Below, piece after piece: positions 26,301 to 39,300 of a stretch of DNA of 64,000 bases. Below the pieces are notes generated by a model that ran no database searches, was not told the DNA's origin, and was given only the letters and a program-made list of their open reading frames with translations. Positions within the stretch are counted from its first letter, which is position 1; each line of letters starts with the position of its first letter. The DNA is from Eledone cirrhosa (Eukaryota), in the NCBI GenBank assembly GCA_964016885.1, contig CAXHJY010000096.1:372001-436000 (forward strand), read 5' to 3'. Position numbers and translations under genes: made by a program.

Positions 26301-27879
26301 CCGTCCAAGGGGAGATAATTTCCAGCCGTCCAAGGAGACATATTTTCCAGCCGTCCAAGGAGAGGTAATTTCTAGCCGTCCAAGGGGAGATAAATTCCTG
26401 CCTCCAAGGGGAGATAATTTCCAGCCAGCCAAGGGGAGATAATTTGTAAAAAAATCAGGGGGAGATAATTTGTAAAAAAAATCAGGGGGAGATAATTTGT
26501 AAAAAAAAATCAGGGGGAGATAATTTGTAAAAAAAAATCAGGGGAGATAATTTGTAAAAAAAATCAGGGGGAGATAATTTGTAAAAAAAAATCAAGGGGA
26601 GATAATTTCCAGCCGTCCAAGGGGAGATAATTTCCAGCCCTCCAAGGGGCTATAATTTCCAGCGTCCAAGGGGAGATAATTTCCAGCCGTCCAAGGGGAG
26701 ATAATTTCCAGCCGTCCAAGGAGACATATTTTCCAGCCGTCCAAGGAGAGGTAATTTCTAGCCGTCCAAGGGGAGATAAATTCCTGCCTCCAAGGGGAGA
26801 TAATTTCCAGCCAGCCAAGGGGAGATAATTTGTAAAAAAATCAGGGGGAGATAATTTGTAAAAAAAATCAGGGGGAGATAATTTGTAAAAAAAAATCAGG
26901 GGGAGATAATTTGTAAAAAAAAATCAGGGGAGATAATTTGTAAAAAAAATCAGGGGGAGATAATTTGTAAAAAAAAATCAAGGGGAGATAATTTCCAGCC
27001 GTCCAAGGGGAGATAATTTTCAGCCGTCCAAGGAGAGGTAATTTCTAGCCGTCCAAGGAGAGATAATTTCCAGCCGTCCAAGGGGAGATAATTTCCAGCC
27101 GTCCAAGGGGAGATGATTTTTTAAAAAAAATCAGGCGGAGATAAGTTGTAAAAAAAAATCAGGGGGAGATAATTTGTAAAAAAAAATCAGGGGGAGATAA
27201 TTTGTAAAAAAAAATCAGGGGGAGATAATTTGTAAAAAAAATCAAGGGGAGATAATTTCCAGCCGTCCAAGGGAAGATAATTTCCAGCCCTCCAAGGGGC
27301 TATAATTTCCAGCGTCCAAAGAGAGATAATTTCTAGCCGTCCAAAGAGAGATAATTTCTAGCCGTCCAAGGGGAGATAATTTCCAGCCTTCCAAGGGGAG
27401 ATAATTTTTTTAAAAATCAGGTGGAGATAATTTGTGAAAAAAAATCAGTGGAAGATAATTTGTAAAAAGAAAATCAAGGGCAGATAATTTCCAGCCGTCC
27501 AAGGGGAGATAATTTCCCGCCAGCCAAGGGAAGATAATATTTAAAAAAATCAGGCGGAGATAATTTGTAAAAAAAATCAGGGGGAGGTAATTTGTAAAAA
27601 AATCAGGGGGAGATAATTTGTAAATGAAAAATCAGGGGGAGATAATTTGTAAAAAGAAAATCAAGGGGAGATAATTTCCAGCCGTCCAAGGGGAGATAAT
27701 TTCCCGCCAGCCAAGGAGAGATAATATTTAAAAAAATCAGGCGGAGATAATTTGTAAAAAAAATCAGGGGGAGATAATTTGTAAAAAAAATCAGGGGGAG
27801 ATAATTTGTAAAAAAATCAAGGGGAGATAATTTCCAGCCGTCCAAGGGGAGATAATTTTCAGCCGTCCAAGGAGAGGTA

Positions 27880-30800
27880 ATTTCTAGCCGTCCAAGGGGA
27901 GATAATTTCCAGCCGTCCAAGGGGAGATAATTTCCAGCCGTCCACCGGGAGATAATTTTTAAAAAAAAATCAGGCGGAGATAATTTGTAAACAAAAATCA
28001 GGGGGAGATAATTTGTAAAAAAAAATCAGGGGGAGATAATTTGTAAAAAAAAATCAGGGGGAGATGATTTGTAAAAAAAATCAAGGGGAGATAATTTCCA
28101 GCCGTCCAAGGGGAGGTAATATCTAGCCATCCAAGGGGAGATAATTTCCAGCCGTCCAAGGGGAGATAATTTCCAGCCGTCCAAGGGGAGATAATTTCCA
28201 GCCGTCCAAGGAGACATATTTTCCAGCCGTCCAAGAAGAGGTAATTTCTAGCCGTCCAAGGGGAGATAAATTCCAGCCTCCAAGAGGAGATAATTTCCAG
28301 CCAGCCAAGGGGAGATAATTTGTAAAAAAATCAGGGGGAGATAATTTGTAAAAAAAATCAGGGGGAGATAATTTGTAAAAAAAAATCAGGGGGAGATAAT
28401 TTGTAAAAAAAAATCAGGGGGAGATAATTTGTAAAAAAAATCAGGGGGAGATAATTTGTAAAAAAAATCAAGGGGAGTTAATTTCCAGCCGTCCAAGGGG
28501 AGATAATTTTCAGCCGTCCAAGGATAGGTAATTTCTAGCCGTCCAAGGAGAGATAATTTCCAGCCGTCCAAGGGGAGATAATTTCCAGCCGTCCAAGGGG
28601 AGATAATTTTTTTAAAAAAATCAGGCGGAGATAAGTTGTAAAAAAAAATCAGGGGGAGATAATTTGTAAAAAAAAATCAGGGGTAGATAATTTGTAAAAA
28701 AAATCAGGGGGAGATAATTTGTAAAAAAATCAAGAGAAGATAATTTCCAGCCGTCCAAGGGAAGATAATTTCCAGCCCTCCAAGGGGCTATAATTTCCAG
28801 CGTCCAAGGGGAGATAATTTCCAGCCAGCGAAGGGGAGATAATTTTTAAAAAAAAATCACTGGGAGATTTGTAAAAAAAATCAGGGGGAGATAATTTGTA
28901 AAAAAAATCAAGGGGAGATAATTTCCAGCCGTCCAAAGAGAGATAATTTCTAGCTGTCCAAGGGGAGATAATTTCCAGCCAAGGGGAGATAATTTCCAGC
29001 CGTCCAAGTGAAGATAATATTTAAAAAAATCAGGCGGAGATAATTTGTAAAAAAAATCAGGGGGAGATAATTTGTAAAAAAATCAGGGGGAGATAATTTG
29101 TAAAAGAAAAATCAGGGGGAGATAATTTGTAAAAAAAATCAGGGGGAGATAATTTGTAAAAAAAATCAGGGGTAGATAATTTGTAAAAAAAAATCAGGGG
29201 AGATAATTTGTAAAAAAAAATCAGGGGGAGATAATTTGTAAAAAAAATCAGGGGGAGATAATTTGTAAAAAAAAATCAGGGGGAGATAATTTGTAAAAAA
29301 AATCAAGGGGAGATAATTTGCAGCCGTCCAAGGGGAGATAATTTTCAGCCGTCCAAGGAGAGATAATTTCTAGCCGTCCAAGGGGAGATAATTTCCAGCC
29401 GTCCAAGGGGAGATAATTTCCAGCCGTCCACCGGGAGATAATTTTTAAAAAAAAATCAGGCGGAGATAATTTGTAAACAAAAATCAGGGGGAGATAATTT
29501 GTAAAAAAAAATCAGGGGGAGATAATTTGTAAAAAAAAATCAGGGGGAGATGATTTGTAAAAAAAATCAAGGGGAGATAATTTCCAGCCGTCCAAGGGGA
29601 GGTAATATCTAGCCATCCAAGGGGAGATAATTTCCAGCCGTCCAAGGGGAGATAATTTCCAGCCGTCCAAGGGGAGATAATTTCCAGCCGTCCAAGGAGA
29701 CATATTTTCCAGCCGTCCAAGAAGAGGTAATTTCTAGCCGTCCAAGGGGAGATAAATTCCAGCCTCCAAGAGGAGATAATTTCCAGCCAGCCAAGGGGAG
29801 ATAATTTGTAAAAAAATCAGGGGGAGATAATTTGTAAAAAAAATCAGGGGGAGATAATTTGTAAAAAAAAATCAGGGGGAGATAATTTGTAAAAAAAAAT
29901 CAGGGGGAGATAATTTGTAAAAAAAATCAGGGGGAGATAATTTGTAAAAAAAATCAAGGGGAGTTAATTTCCAGCCGTCCAAGGGGAGATAATTTTCAGC
30001 CGTCCAAGGATAGGTAATTTCTAGCCGTCCAAGGAGAGATAATTTCCAGCCGTCCAAGGGGAGATAATTTCCAGCCGTCCAAGGGGAGATAATTTTTTTA
30101 AAAAAATCAGGCGGAGATAAGTTGTAAAAAAAAATCAGGGGGAGATAATTTGTAAAAAAAAATCAGGGGTAGATAATTTGTAAAAAAAATCAGGGGGAGA
30201 TAATTTGTAAAAAAATCAAGAGAAGATAATTTCCAGCCGTCCAAGGGAAGATAATTTCCAGCCCTCCAAGGGGCTATAATTTCCAGCGTCCAAGGGGAGA
30301 TAATTTCCAGCCAGCGAAGGGGAGATAATTTTTAAAAAAAAATCACTGGGAGATTTGTAAAAAAAATCAGGGGGAGATAATTTGTAAAAAAAATCAAGGG
30401 GAGATAATTTCCAGCCGTCCAAAGAGAGATAATTTCTAGCTGTCCAAGGGGAGATAATTTCCAGCCAAGGGGAGATAATTTCCAGCCGTCCAAGTGAAGA
30501 TAATATTTAAAAAAATCAGGCGGAGATAATTTGTAAAAAAAATCAGGGGGAGATAATTTGTAAAAAAATCAGGGGGAGATAATTTGTAAAAGAAAAATCA
30601 GGGGGAGATAATTTGTAAAAAAAATCAGGGGGAGATAATTTGTAAAAAAAATCAGGGGTAGATAATTTGTAAAAAAAAATCAGGGGAGATAATTTGTAAA
30701 AAAAAATCAGGGGGAGATAATTTGTAAAAAAAATCAGGGGGAGATAATTTGTAAAAAAAAATCAGGGGGAGATAATTTGTAAAAAAAATCAAGGGGAGAT

Positions 30801-30900
30801 AATTTGCAGCCGTCCAAGGGGAGATAATTTTCAGCCGTCCAAGGAGAGATAATTTCTAGCCGTCCAAGGGGAGATAATTTCCAGCCGTCCAAGGGGAGAT
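27880..30900 (+). repeat. Tandem duplication, 1,486-bp unit x2
   Basis: Private variant TCCACCGGGA at 27941 and 29427. GAGATGATTTGT, CAAGAGGAGA, TAGCTGTCC and CAAGTGAAG each occur twice at +1486. ORFs 27998>29484 and 28730>30216. Confidence 0.92.
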
Positions 30901-31899
30901 AATTTCCAGCCGTCCAAGGGGAGATAATTTTTAAAAAAAAATCAGGCGGAGATAATTTGTATAAAAAAAATCAGGGGGAGATAATTTGTAAAAAAAAATC
31001 AGGGGGAGATAATTTGTAAAAAAAATCAGGGGGAGATAATTTGTAAAAAAAATCAAGGGGAGATAATTTCCAGCCGTCCAAGGGAAGATAATTTCCAGCC
31101 GTCCAAGGGAAGATAATTTCCAGCCCTCCAAGGGGCTATAATTTCCAGCGTCCAAGGGGAGATAATTTCCAGCCAGCGAAGGGGAGATAATTTTTTTTTT
31201 AAAAATCAGGGGGAGATAATTTGTAAAAAAAATCAGGGGGAGATAATTTGTAAAAAAAATCAAGGGGAGATAATTTCCAGCCGTCCAAAGAGAGATAATT
31301 TCTAGCCGTCCAAGGGGAGATAATTTCCAGCCAAGGGGAGATAATTTCCAGCCGTCCAAGGGGAGATAATTTTTAAAAAAATCAGGTGGAGATAATTTGT
31401 AAAAATAATCAGGGGAAGATAATTTGTAAAAACAAAATCAAGGGCAGATAATTTCCAGCCGTCCAAGGGGAGATAATTTCCAGCAGTGCAAGGGGAGATA
31501 ATTTCCAGCCGTCCAAGGGGAGATAATTTCCATCCTTCCAAGGGGAGATAATTTCCAGCCGTCCAAGGATAGATAATTTCCCGCCAGCCAAGGAGAGATA
31601 ATATTTAAAAAAATCAGGCGGAGATAATTTGTAAAAAAAATCAGGGGGAGATAATTTGTAAAAAAATCAGGGGGAGATAATTTGTAAAAAAAAATCAGGG
31701 GGATATAATTTGTAAAAAAAATCAGGGGGAGATAATTTGTAAAAAAAAATCAGGGGTAGATAATTTGTAAAAAAAAATCAGGGGGAGATAATTTGTAAAA
31801 AAAAATCAGGGGGAGATAATTTGTAAAAAAATCAAGGGGAGATAATTTCCAGCCGTCCAAGGGGAGATAATTTTCAGCCGTCCAAGGAGAGGTAATTTC

Positions 31900-34800
31900 T
31901 AGCCGTCCAAGGGGAGATAATTTCCAGCCGTCCAAGGGGAGATAATTTCCAGCCGTCCAAGGGGAGATAATTTTTTTAAAAAAATCAGGCGGAGATAAGT
32001 TGTAAAAAAAAATCAGGGGGAGATAATTTGTAAAAAAAATCAGGGGGATATAATTTGTAAAAAAAAATCAGGGGGAGATAATTTGTAAAAAAAATCAAGG
32101 GGAGATAATTTCCAGCCGTCCAAGGGAAGATAATTTCCAGCCGTCCAAGGGGAGATAATTTCTAGCCGTCCAAGGGGAGATAATTTTTTTAAAAAAATCA
32201 GGCGGAGATAAGTTGTAAAAAAAATCAGGGGGAGATAATTTGTAAAAAAAAATCAGGGGGAGATAATTTGTAAAAAAATCAAGGGGAGATAATTTCCAGC
32301 CGTCCAAGGGGAGATAATTTTCAGCCGTCCAAGGAGAGGTAATTTCTAGCCGTCCAAGGGGAGATAATTTCCAGCCGTCCAAGGGGAGATAATTTCCAGC
32401 CGTCTAAGGGGAGATAATTTTTTTAAAAAAATCAGGCGGAGATAATTTGTAAACAAAAATCAGGGGGAGATAATTTGTAAAAAAAAATCAGGGGGAGATA
32501 ATTTGTAAAAAAAAATCAGGGGGAGATAATTTGTAAAAAAAATCAAGGGGAGATAATTTCCAGCCGTCCAAGGGGAGGTAATATCTAGCCATCCAAGGGG
32601 AGATAATTTCCAGCCGTCCAAGGGGAGATAATATCCAGCCGTCCAAGGGGAGATAATTTCCAGCCGTCCAAGGAGACATATTTTCCAGCCGTCCAAGGAG
32701 AGGTAATTTCTAGCCGTCCAAGGGGAGATAAATTCCAGCCTCCAAGGGGAGATAATTTCCAGCCAGCCAAGGGGAGATAATTTGTAAAAAAAATCAGGGG
32801 GAGATAATTTGTAAAAAAAAATCAGGGGGAGATAATTTGTAAAAAAAAATCAGGGGGAGATAATTTGTAAAAAAAATCAGGGGGAGATAATTTGTAAAAA
32901 AAATCAAGGGGAGTTAATTTCCAGCCGTCCAAGGGGAGATAATTTTCAGCCGTCCAAGGATAGGTAATTTCTAGCCGTCCAAGGAGAGATAATTTCCAGC
33001 CGTCCAAGGGGAGATAATTTCCAGCCGTCCAAGGGGAGATAATTTTTTTAAAAAAATCAGGCGGAGATAAGTTGTAAAAAAAAATCAGGGGGAGATAATT
33101 TGTAAAAAAAATCAGGGGGAGATAATTTGTAAAAAAAAATCAGGGGGAAATAATTTGTAAAAAAAATCAAGAGAAGATAATTTCCAGCCGTCCAAGGGAA
33201 GATAATTTCCAGCCCTCCAAGGGGCTATAATTTCCAGCGTCCAAGGGGAGATAATTTCCAGCCGTCCAAGGGGAGATAATTTCCAGCCGTCCAAGGAGAC
33301 ATATTTTCCAGCCGTCCAAGGAGAGGTAATTTCTAGCCGTCCAAGGGGAGATAAATTCCTGCCTCCAAGGGGAGATAATTTCCAGCCAGCCAAGGGGAGA
33401 TAATTTGTAAAAAAATCAGGCGGAGATAATTTGTAAAAAAAATCAGGGGGAGATAATTTGTAAAAAAAAATCAGGGGGAGATAATTTGTAAAAAAAAATC
33501 AGGGGAGATAATTTGTAAAAAAAATCAGGGGGAGATAATTTGTAAAAAAAAATCAAGGGGAGATAATTTCCAGCCGTCCAAGGGGAGATAATTTTCAGCC
33601 GTCCAAGGAGAGGTAATTTCTAGCCGTCCAAGGAGAGATAATTTCCAGCCGTCCAAGGGGAGATAATTTCCAGCCGTCCAAGGGGAGATGATTTTTAAAA
33701 AAAAATCAGGCGGAGATAAGTTGTAAAAAAAAATCAGGGGGAGATAATTTGTAAAAAAAAATCAGGGGGAGATAATTTGTAAAAAAAAATCAGGGGGAGA
33801 TAATTTGTAAAAAAAATCAAGGGGAGATAATTTCCAGCCGTCCAAGGGGAGGTAATATCTAGCCATCCAAGGGGAGATAATTTCCAGCCGTCCAAGGGGA
33901 GATAATTTCCAGCCGTCCAAGGGGAGATAATTTCCAGCCGTCCAAGGAGACATATTTTCCAGCCGTCCAAGGAGAGGTAATTTCTAGCCGTCCAAGGGGA
34001 GATAAATTCCAGCCTCCAAGGGGAGATAATTTCCAGCCAGCCAAGGGGAGATAATTTGTAAAAAAAATCAGGGGGAGATAATTTGTAAAAAAAAATCAGG
34101 GGGAGATAATTTGTAAAAAAAAATCAGGGGGAGATAATTTGTAAAAAAAATCAGGGGGAGATAATTTGTAAAAAAAATCAAGGGGAGTTAATTTCCAGCC
34201 GTCCAAGGGGAGATAATTTTCATCCGTCCAAGGATAGGTAATTTCTAGCCGTCCAAGGAGAGATAATTTCCAGCCGTCCAAGGGGAGATAATTTCCAGCC
34301 GTCCAAGGGGAGATAATTTTTTTAAAAAAATCAGGCGGAGATAAGTTGTAAAAAAAAATCAGGGGGAGATAATTTGTAAAACAAAATCAGGGGGAGATAA
34401 TTTGTAAAAAAAAATCAGGGGGAGATAATTTGTAAAAAAAATCAAGAGAAGATAATTTCCAGCCGTCCAAGGGAAGATAATTTCCAGCCCTCCAAGGGGC
34501 TATAATTTCCAGCGTCCAAGGGGAGATAATTTCCAGCCAGCGAAGGGGAGATAATTTTTAAAAAAAAATCACTGGGAGATTTGTAAGAAAAATCAGGGGG
34601 AGATAATTTGTAAAAAAAATCAAGGGGAGATAATTTCCAGCCGTCCAAAGAGAGATAATTTCTAGCCGTCCAAGGGGAGATAATTTCCAGCCAAGGGGAG
34701 ATAATTTCCAGCCGTCCAAGGGAAGATAATATTTAAAAAAATCAGGCGGAGATAATTTGTAAAAAAAATCAGGGGGAGATAATTTGTAAAAAAATCAGGG

Positions 34801-36320
34801 GGAGATAATTTGTAAAAGAAAAATCAGGGGGAGATAATTTGTAAAAAAAATCAGGGGGAGATAATTTGTAAAAAAATCAGGGGTAGATAATTTGTAAAAA
34901 AAAATCAGGGGGAGATAATTTGTAAAAAAAAATCAGGGGGAGATAATTTGTAAAAAAAATCAGGGGGAGATAATTTGTAAAAAAAAATCAGGGGGAGATA
35001 ATTTGTAAAAAAAATCAAGGGGAGATAATTTGCAGCCGTCCAAGGGGAGATAATTTTCAGCCGTCCAAGGAGAGATAATTTCTAGCCGTCCAAGGGGAGA
35101 TAATTTCCAGCCGTCCAAGGGGAGATAATTTCCATCCTTCCAAGGGGAGATAATTTCCCGCCAGCCAAGGAGAGATAATATTTAAAAAAATCAGGCGTAG
35201 ATAATTTGTAAAAAAAATCAGGGGGAGATAATTTGTAAAAAAAAAATCAGGGGGAGATAATTTGTAAAAAAATCAAGGGGAGATAATTTCCAGCCGTCCA
35301 AGGGGAGATAATTTTCAGCCGTCCAAGGAGAGGTAATTTCCAGCCGTCCAAGGGGAGATAATTTCCAGCCGTCCAAGGAGACATATTTTCCAGCCGTCCA
35401 AGGAGAGGTAATTTCTAGCCGTCCAAGGGGAGATAAATTCCAGCCTCCAAGGGGAGATAATTTCCAGCCAGCCAAGGGGAGATAATTTGTAAAAAAATCA
35501 GGGGGAGATAGTTTGTAAAAAAAATCAGGGGGAGATAATTTGTAAAAAAAAATCAGGGGGAGATTTGTAAAAAAAATCAGAGGGAGATAATTTGTAAAAA
35601 AAATCAAAGAGAGATAATTTCCAGCCATCCAAAGAGAGATAATTTCTAGCCGTCCAAGGGGAGATAATTTCCAGCCAAGGGGAGATAATTTCCAGCCGTG
35701 CAAGGGGAGATAATTTCCAGCCGTCCAAGGGGAGATAATTTCCATCCTTCCAAGGGGAGATAATTTCCAGCCGTCCAAGGGGAGATAATTTCCCGCCAGC
35801 CAAGGGAAGATAATTTTTAAAAAAATCAGGCGGAGATTGTAAAAAAAATCAGGGGGAGATAATTTGTAAAAAAATCAGGGGGAGATAATTTGTAAAAAAA
35901 AAATCAGGGGGAGATAATTTGTAAAAAAAAATCAGGGGGAGATAATTTGTAAAAAAAAATCAGGGGAGATAATTTGCAAAAAAAATCAGGGGGAGATAAT
36001 TTGTAAAAAAAAATCAGGGGGAGATAATTTGTAAAAAAAATCAAGCGGAGATAATTTGCAGCCGTCCAAGGGGAGATAATTTCCCGCCAGCCAAGGAGAG
36101 ATAATATTTAAAAAAATCAGGCGGAGATAATTTGTAAAAAAAATCAGGGGGAGATAATTTGTAAAAAAAATCAGGGGGAGATAATTTGTAAAAAAAATCA
36201 GGGGGAGATAATTTGTAAAAAAAATCAGGGGGAGATAATTTGTAAAAAAAATCAGGGGGAGATAATTTGTAAAAAAAAATCAGGGTGAGATAATTTGTAA
36301 AAAAATCAAGGTGAGATAAT
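31900..36320 (+). repeat. Higher-order duplicate of ~21870-26290 (offset ~10,027 bp)
   Basis: ORF offsets 22068>32095, 23085>33112, 23707>33734, 25191>35218, 25498>35525. The shared rare variants TCAAGCGGAGATAATTTGCAG and CAAGGTGAG occur in both copies. Confidence 0.88.
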
Positions 36321-39300
36321 TTCCAGCCGTCCAAGGGGAGATAATTTTCAGCCGTCCAAGGAGAGGTAATTTCTAGCCGTCCAAGGGGAGATAATTTCCA
36401 GCCGTCCAAGGGGAGATAATTTCCAGCCGTCCAAGTGGAGATAATTTCCAGCCGTCCAAGGAGACATATTTTCCAGCCGTCCAAGGAGAGGTAATTTCTA
36501 GCCGTCCAAGGGGAGATAAATTCCTGCCTCCAAGGGGAGATAATTTCCAGCCAGCCAAGGGGAGATAATTTGTAAAAAAATCAGGGGGAGATAATTTGTA
36601 AAAAAAATCAGGGGGAGATAATTTGTAAAAAAAAATCAGGGGGAGATAATTTGTAAAAAAAAATCAGGGGAGATAATTTGTAAAAAAAATCAGGGGGAGA
36701 TAATTTGTAAAAAAAATCAAGGGGAGATAATTTCCAGCCGTCCAAGGGGAGATAATTTTCAATTGTCCAAGGAGAGGTAATTTCTAGCCGTCCAAGGAGA
36801 GATAATTTCCAGCCGTCCAAGGGGAGATAATTTCCAGCCGTCCAAGGGGAGATGATTTTTTTAAAAAAATCAGGCGGAGATAAGTTGTAAAAAAAAATCA
36901 GGGGGAGATAATTTGTAAAAAAAAATCAGGGGGAGATAATTTGTAAAAAAAAATCAGGGGGAGATAATTTGTAAAAAAAATCAAGGGGAGATAATTTCCA
37001 GCCGTCCAAGGGAAGATAATTTCCAGCCCTCCAAGGGGCTATAATTTCCAGCGTCCAAGGGGAGATAATTTCCAGCCAGCGAAGGGTAGATAATTTTTTA
37101 AAAAAATCACTGGGATATTTGTAAAAAAAATCAGGGGGAGATAATTTGTAAAAAAAATCAAGGGGAGATAATTTCCAGCCGTCCAAAGAGAGATAATTTC
37201 TAGCCATCCAAGGGGAGATAATTTCCAGCCTTCCAAGGGGAGATAATTTTTTAAAAAATCAGGTGGAGATAATTTGTAAAAAAAATCAGTGGAAGATAAT
37301 TTGTAAAAAGAAAATCAAGGGCAGATAATTTCCAGCCGTCCAAGGGGAGATAATTTCCCGCCAGCCAAGGGAAGATAATATTTAAAAAAATCAGGCGGAG
37401 ATAATTTGTAAAAAAAATCAGGGGGAGATAATTTGTAAAAAAATCAGGGGGAGATAATTTGTAAAAGAAAAATCAGGGGGAGATAATTTGTAAAAAGAAA
37501 ATCAAGGGGAGATAATTTCCAGCCGTCCAAGGGGAGATAATTTCCCGCCAGCCAAGGAGAGATATTTAAAAAAATCAGGCGGAGATAATTTGTAAAAAAA
37601 ATCAGGGGGAGATAATTTGTAAAAAAAATCAGGGGGAGATAATTTGTAAAAAAAATCAGGGGGAGATAATTTGTAAAAAAAATCAAGGGGAGATAATTTC
37701 CAGCCGTCCAAGGGGAGATAATTTTCAGCCGTCCAAGGAGAGGTAATTTCTAGCCGTCCAAGGGGAGATAATTTCCAGCCGTCCAAGGGGAGATAATTTC
37801 CAGCCGTCCAACGGGAGATAATTTTAAAAAAAAAATCAGGCGGAGATAATTTGTAAACAAAAATCAGGGGGAGATAATTTGTAAAAAAAAATCAGGGGGA
37901 GATAATTTGTAAAAAAAAATCAGGGGGAGATAATTTGTAAAAAAAATCAAGGGGAGATAATTTCCAGCCGTCCAAGGGGAGGTAATATCTAGCCATCCAA
38001 GGGGAGATAATTTCCAGCCGTCCAAGGGAAGATAATTTCCAGCCGTCCAAGGGGAGATAACTTCCAGCCGTCCAAGGAGACATATTTTCCAGCCGTCCAA
38101 GGAGAGGTAATTTCTAGCCGTCCAAGGGGAGATAAATTCCAGCCTCCAAGGGGAGATAATTTCCAGCCAGCCAAGGGGAGATAATTTGTAAAAAAATCAG
38201 GGGGAGATAATTTGTAAAAAAAATCAGGGGGAGATAATTTGTAAAAAAAAATCAGGGGGAGATAATTTGTAAAAAAAAATCAGAGGGAGATAATTTGTAA
38301 AAAAAATCAGGGGGAGATAATTTGTAAAAAAAATCAAGGGGAGTTAATTTCCAGCCGTCCAAGGGGAGATAATTTTCATCCGTCCAAGGATAGGTAATTT
38401 CTAGCCGTCCAAGGAGAGATAATTTCCAGCCGTCCAAGGGGAGATAATTTCCAGCCGTCCAAGGGGAGATAATTTTTTTAAAAAAATCAGGCGGAGATAA
38501 GTTGTAAAAAAAAATCAGGGGGAGATAATTTGTAAAAAAAAATCAGGGGGAGATAATTTGTAAAAAAAAATCAGGGGGAGATAATTTGTAAAAAAAATCA
38601 AGAGAAGATAATTTCCAGCCGTCCAAGGGAAGATAATTTCCAGCCCTCCAAGGGGCTATAATTTCCAGCGTCCAAGGGGAGATAATTTCCAGCCAGCGAA
38701 GGGGAGATAATTTTTTAAAAAAAATCACTGGGAGATTTGTAAAAAAAATCAGGGGGAGATAATTTGTAAAAAAAATCAAGGGGAGATAATTTCCAGCCGT
38801 CCAAAGAGAGATAATTTCTAGCCGTCCAAGGGGAGATAATTTCCAGCCAAGGGGAGATAATTTCCAGCCGTCCAAGGGAAGATAATATTTAAAAAAATCA
38901 GGCGGAGATAATTTGTAAAAAAAATCAGGGGGAGATAATTTGTAAAAAAATCAGGGGGAGATAATTTGTAAAAGAAAAATCAGGGGGAGATAATTTGTAA
39001 AAAAAATCAGGGGGAGATAATTTGTAAAAAAAATCAGGGGTAGATAATTTGTAAAAAAAAATCAGGGGGAGATAATTTGTAAAAAAAAATCAGGGGGAGA
39101 TAATTTGTAAAAAAAATCAGGGAGAGATAATTTGTAAAAAAAAATCAGGGGGAGATAATTTGTAAAAAAAATCAAGGGGAGATAATTTGCAGCCGTCCAA
39201 GGGGAGATAATTTTCAGCCGTCCAAGGAGAGATAATTTCTAGCCGTCCAAGGGGAGATAATTTCCAGCCGTCCAAGGGGAGATAATTTCCAGCCGTCCAA

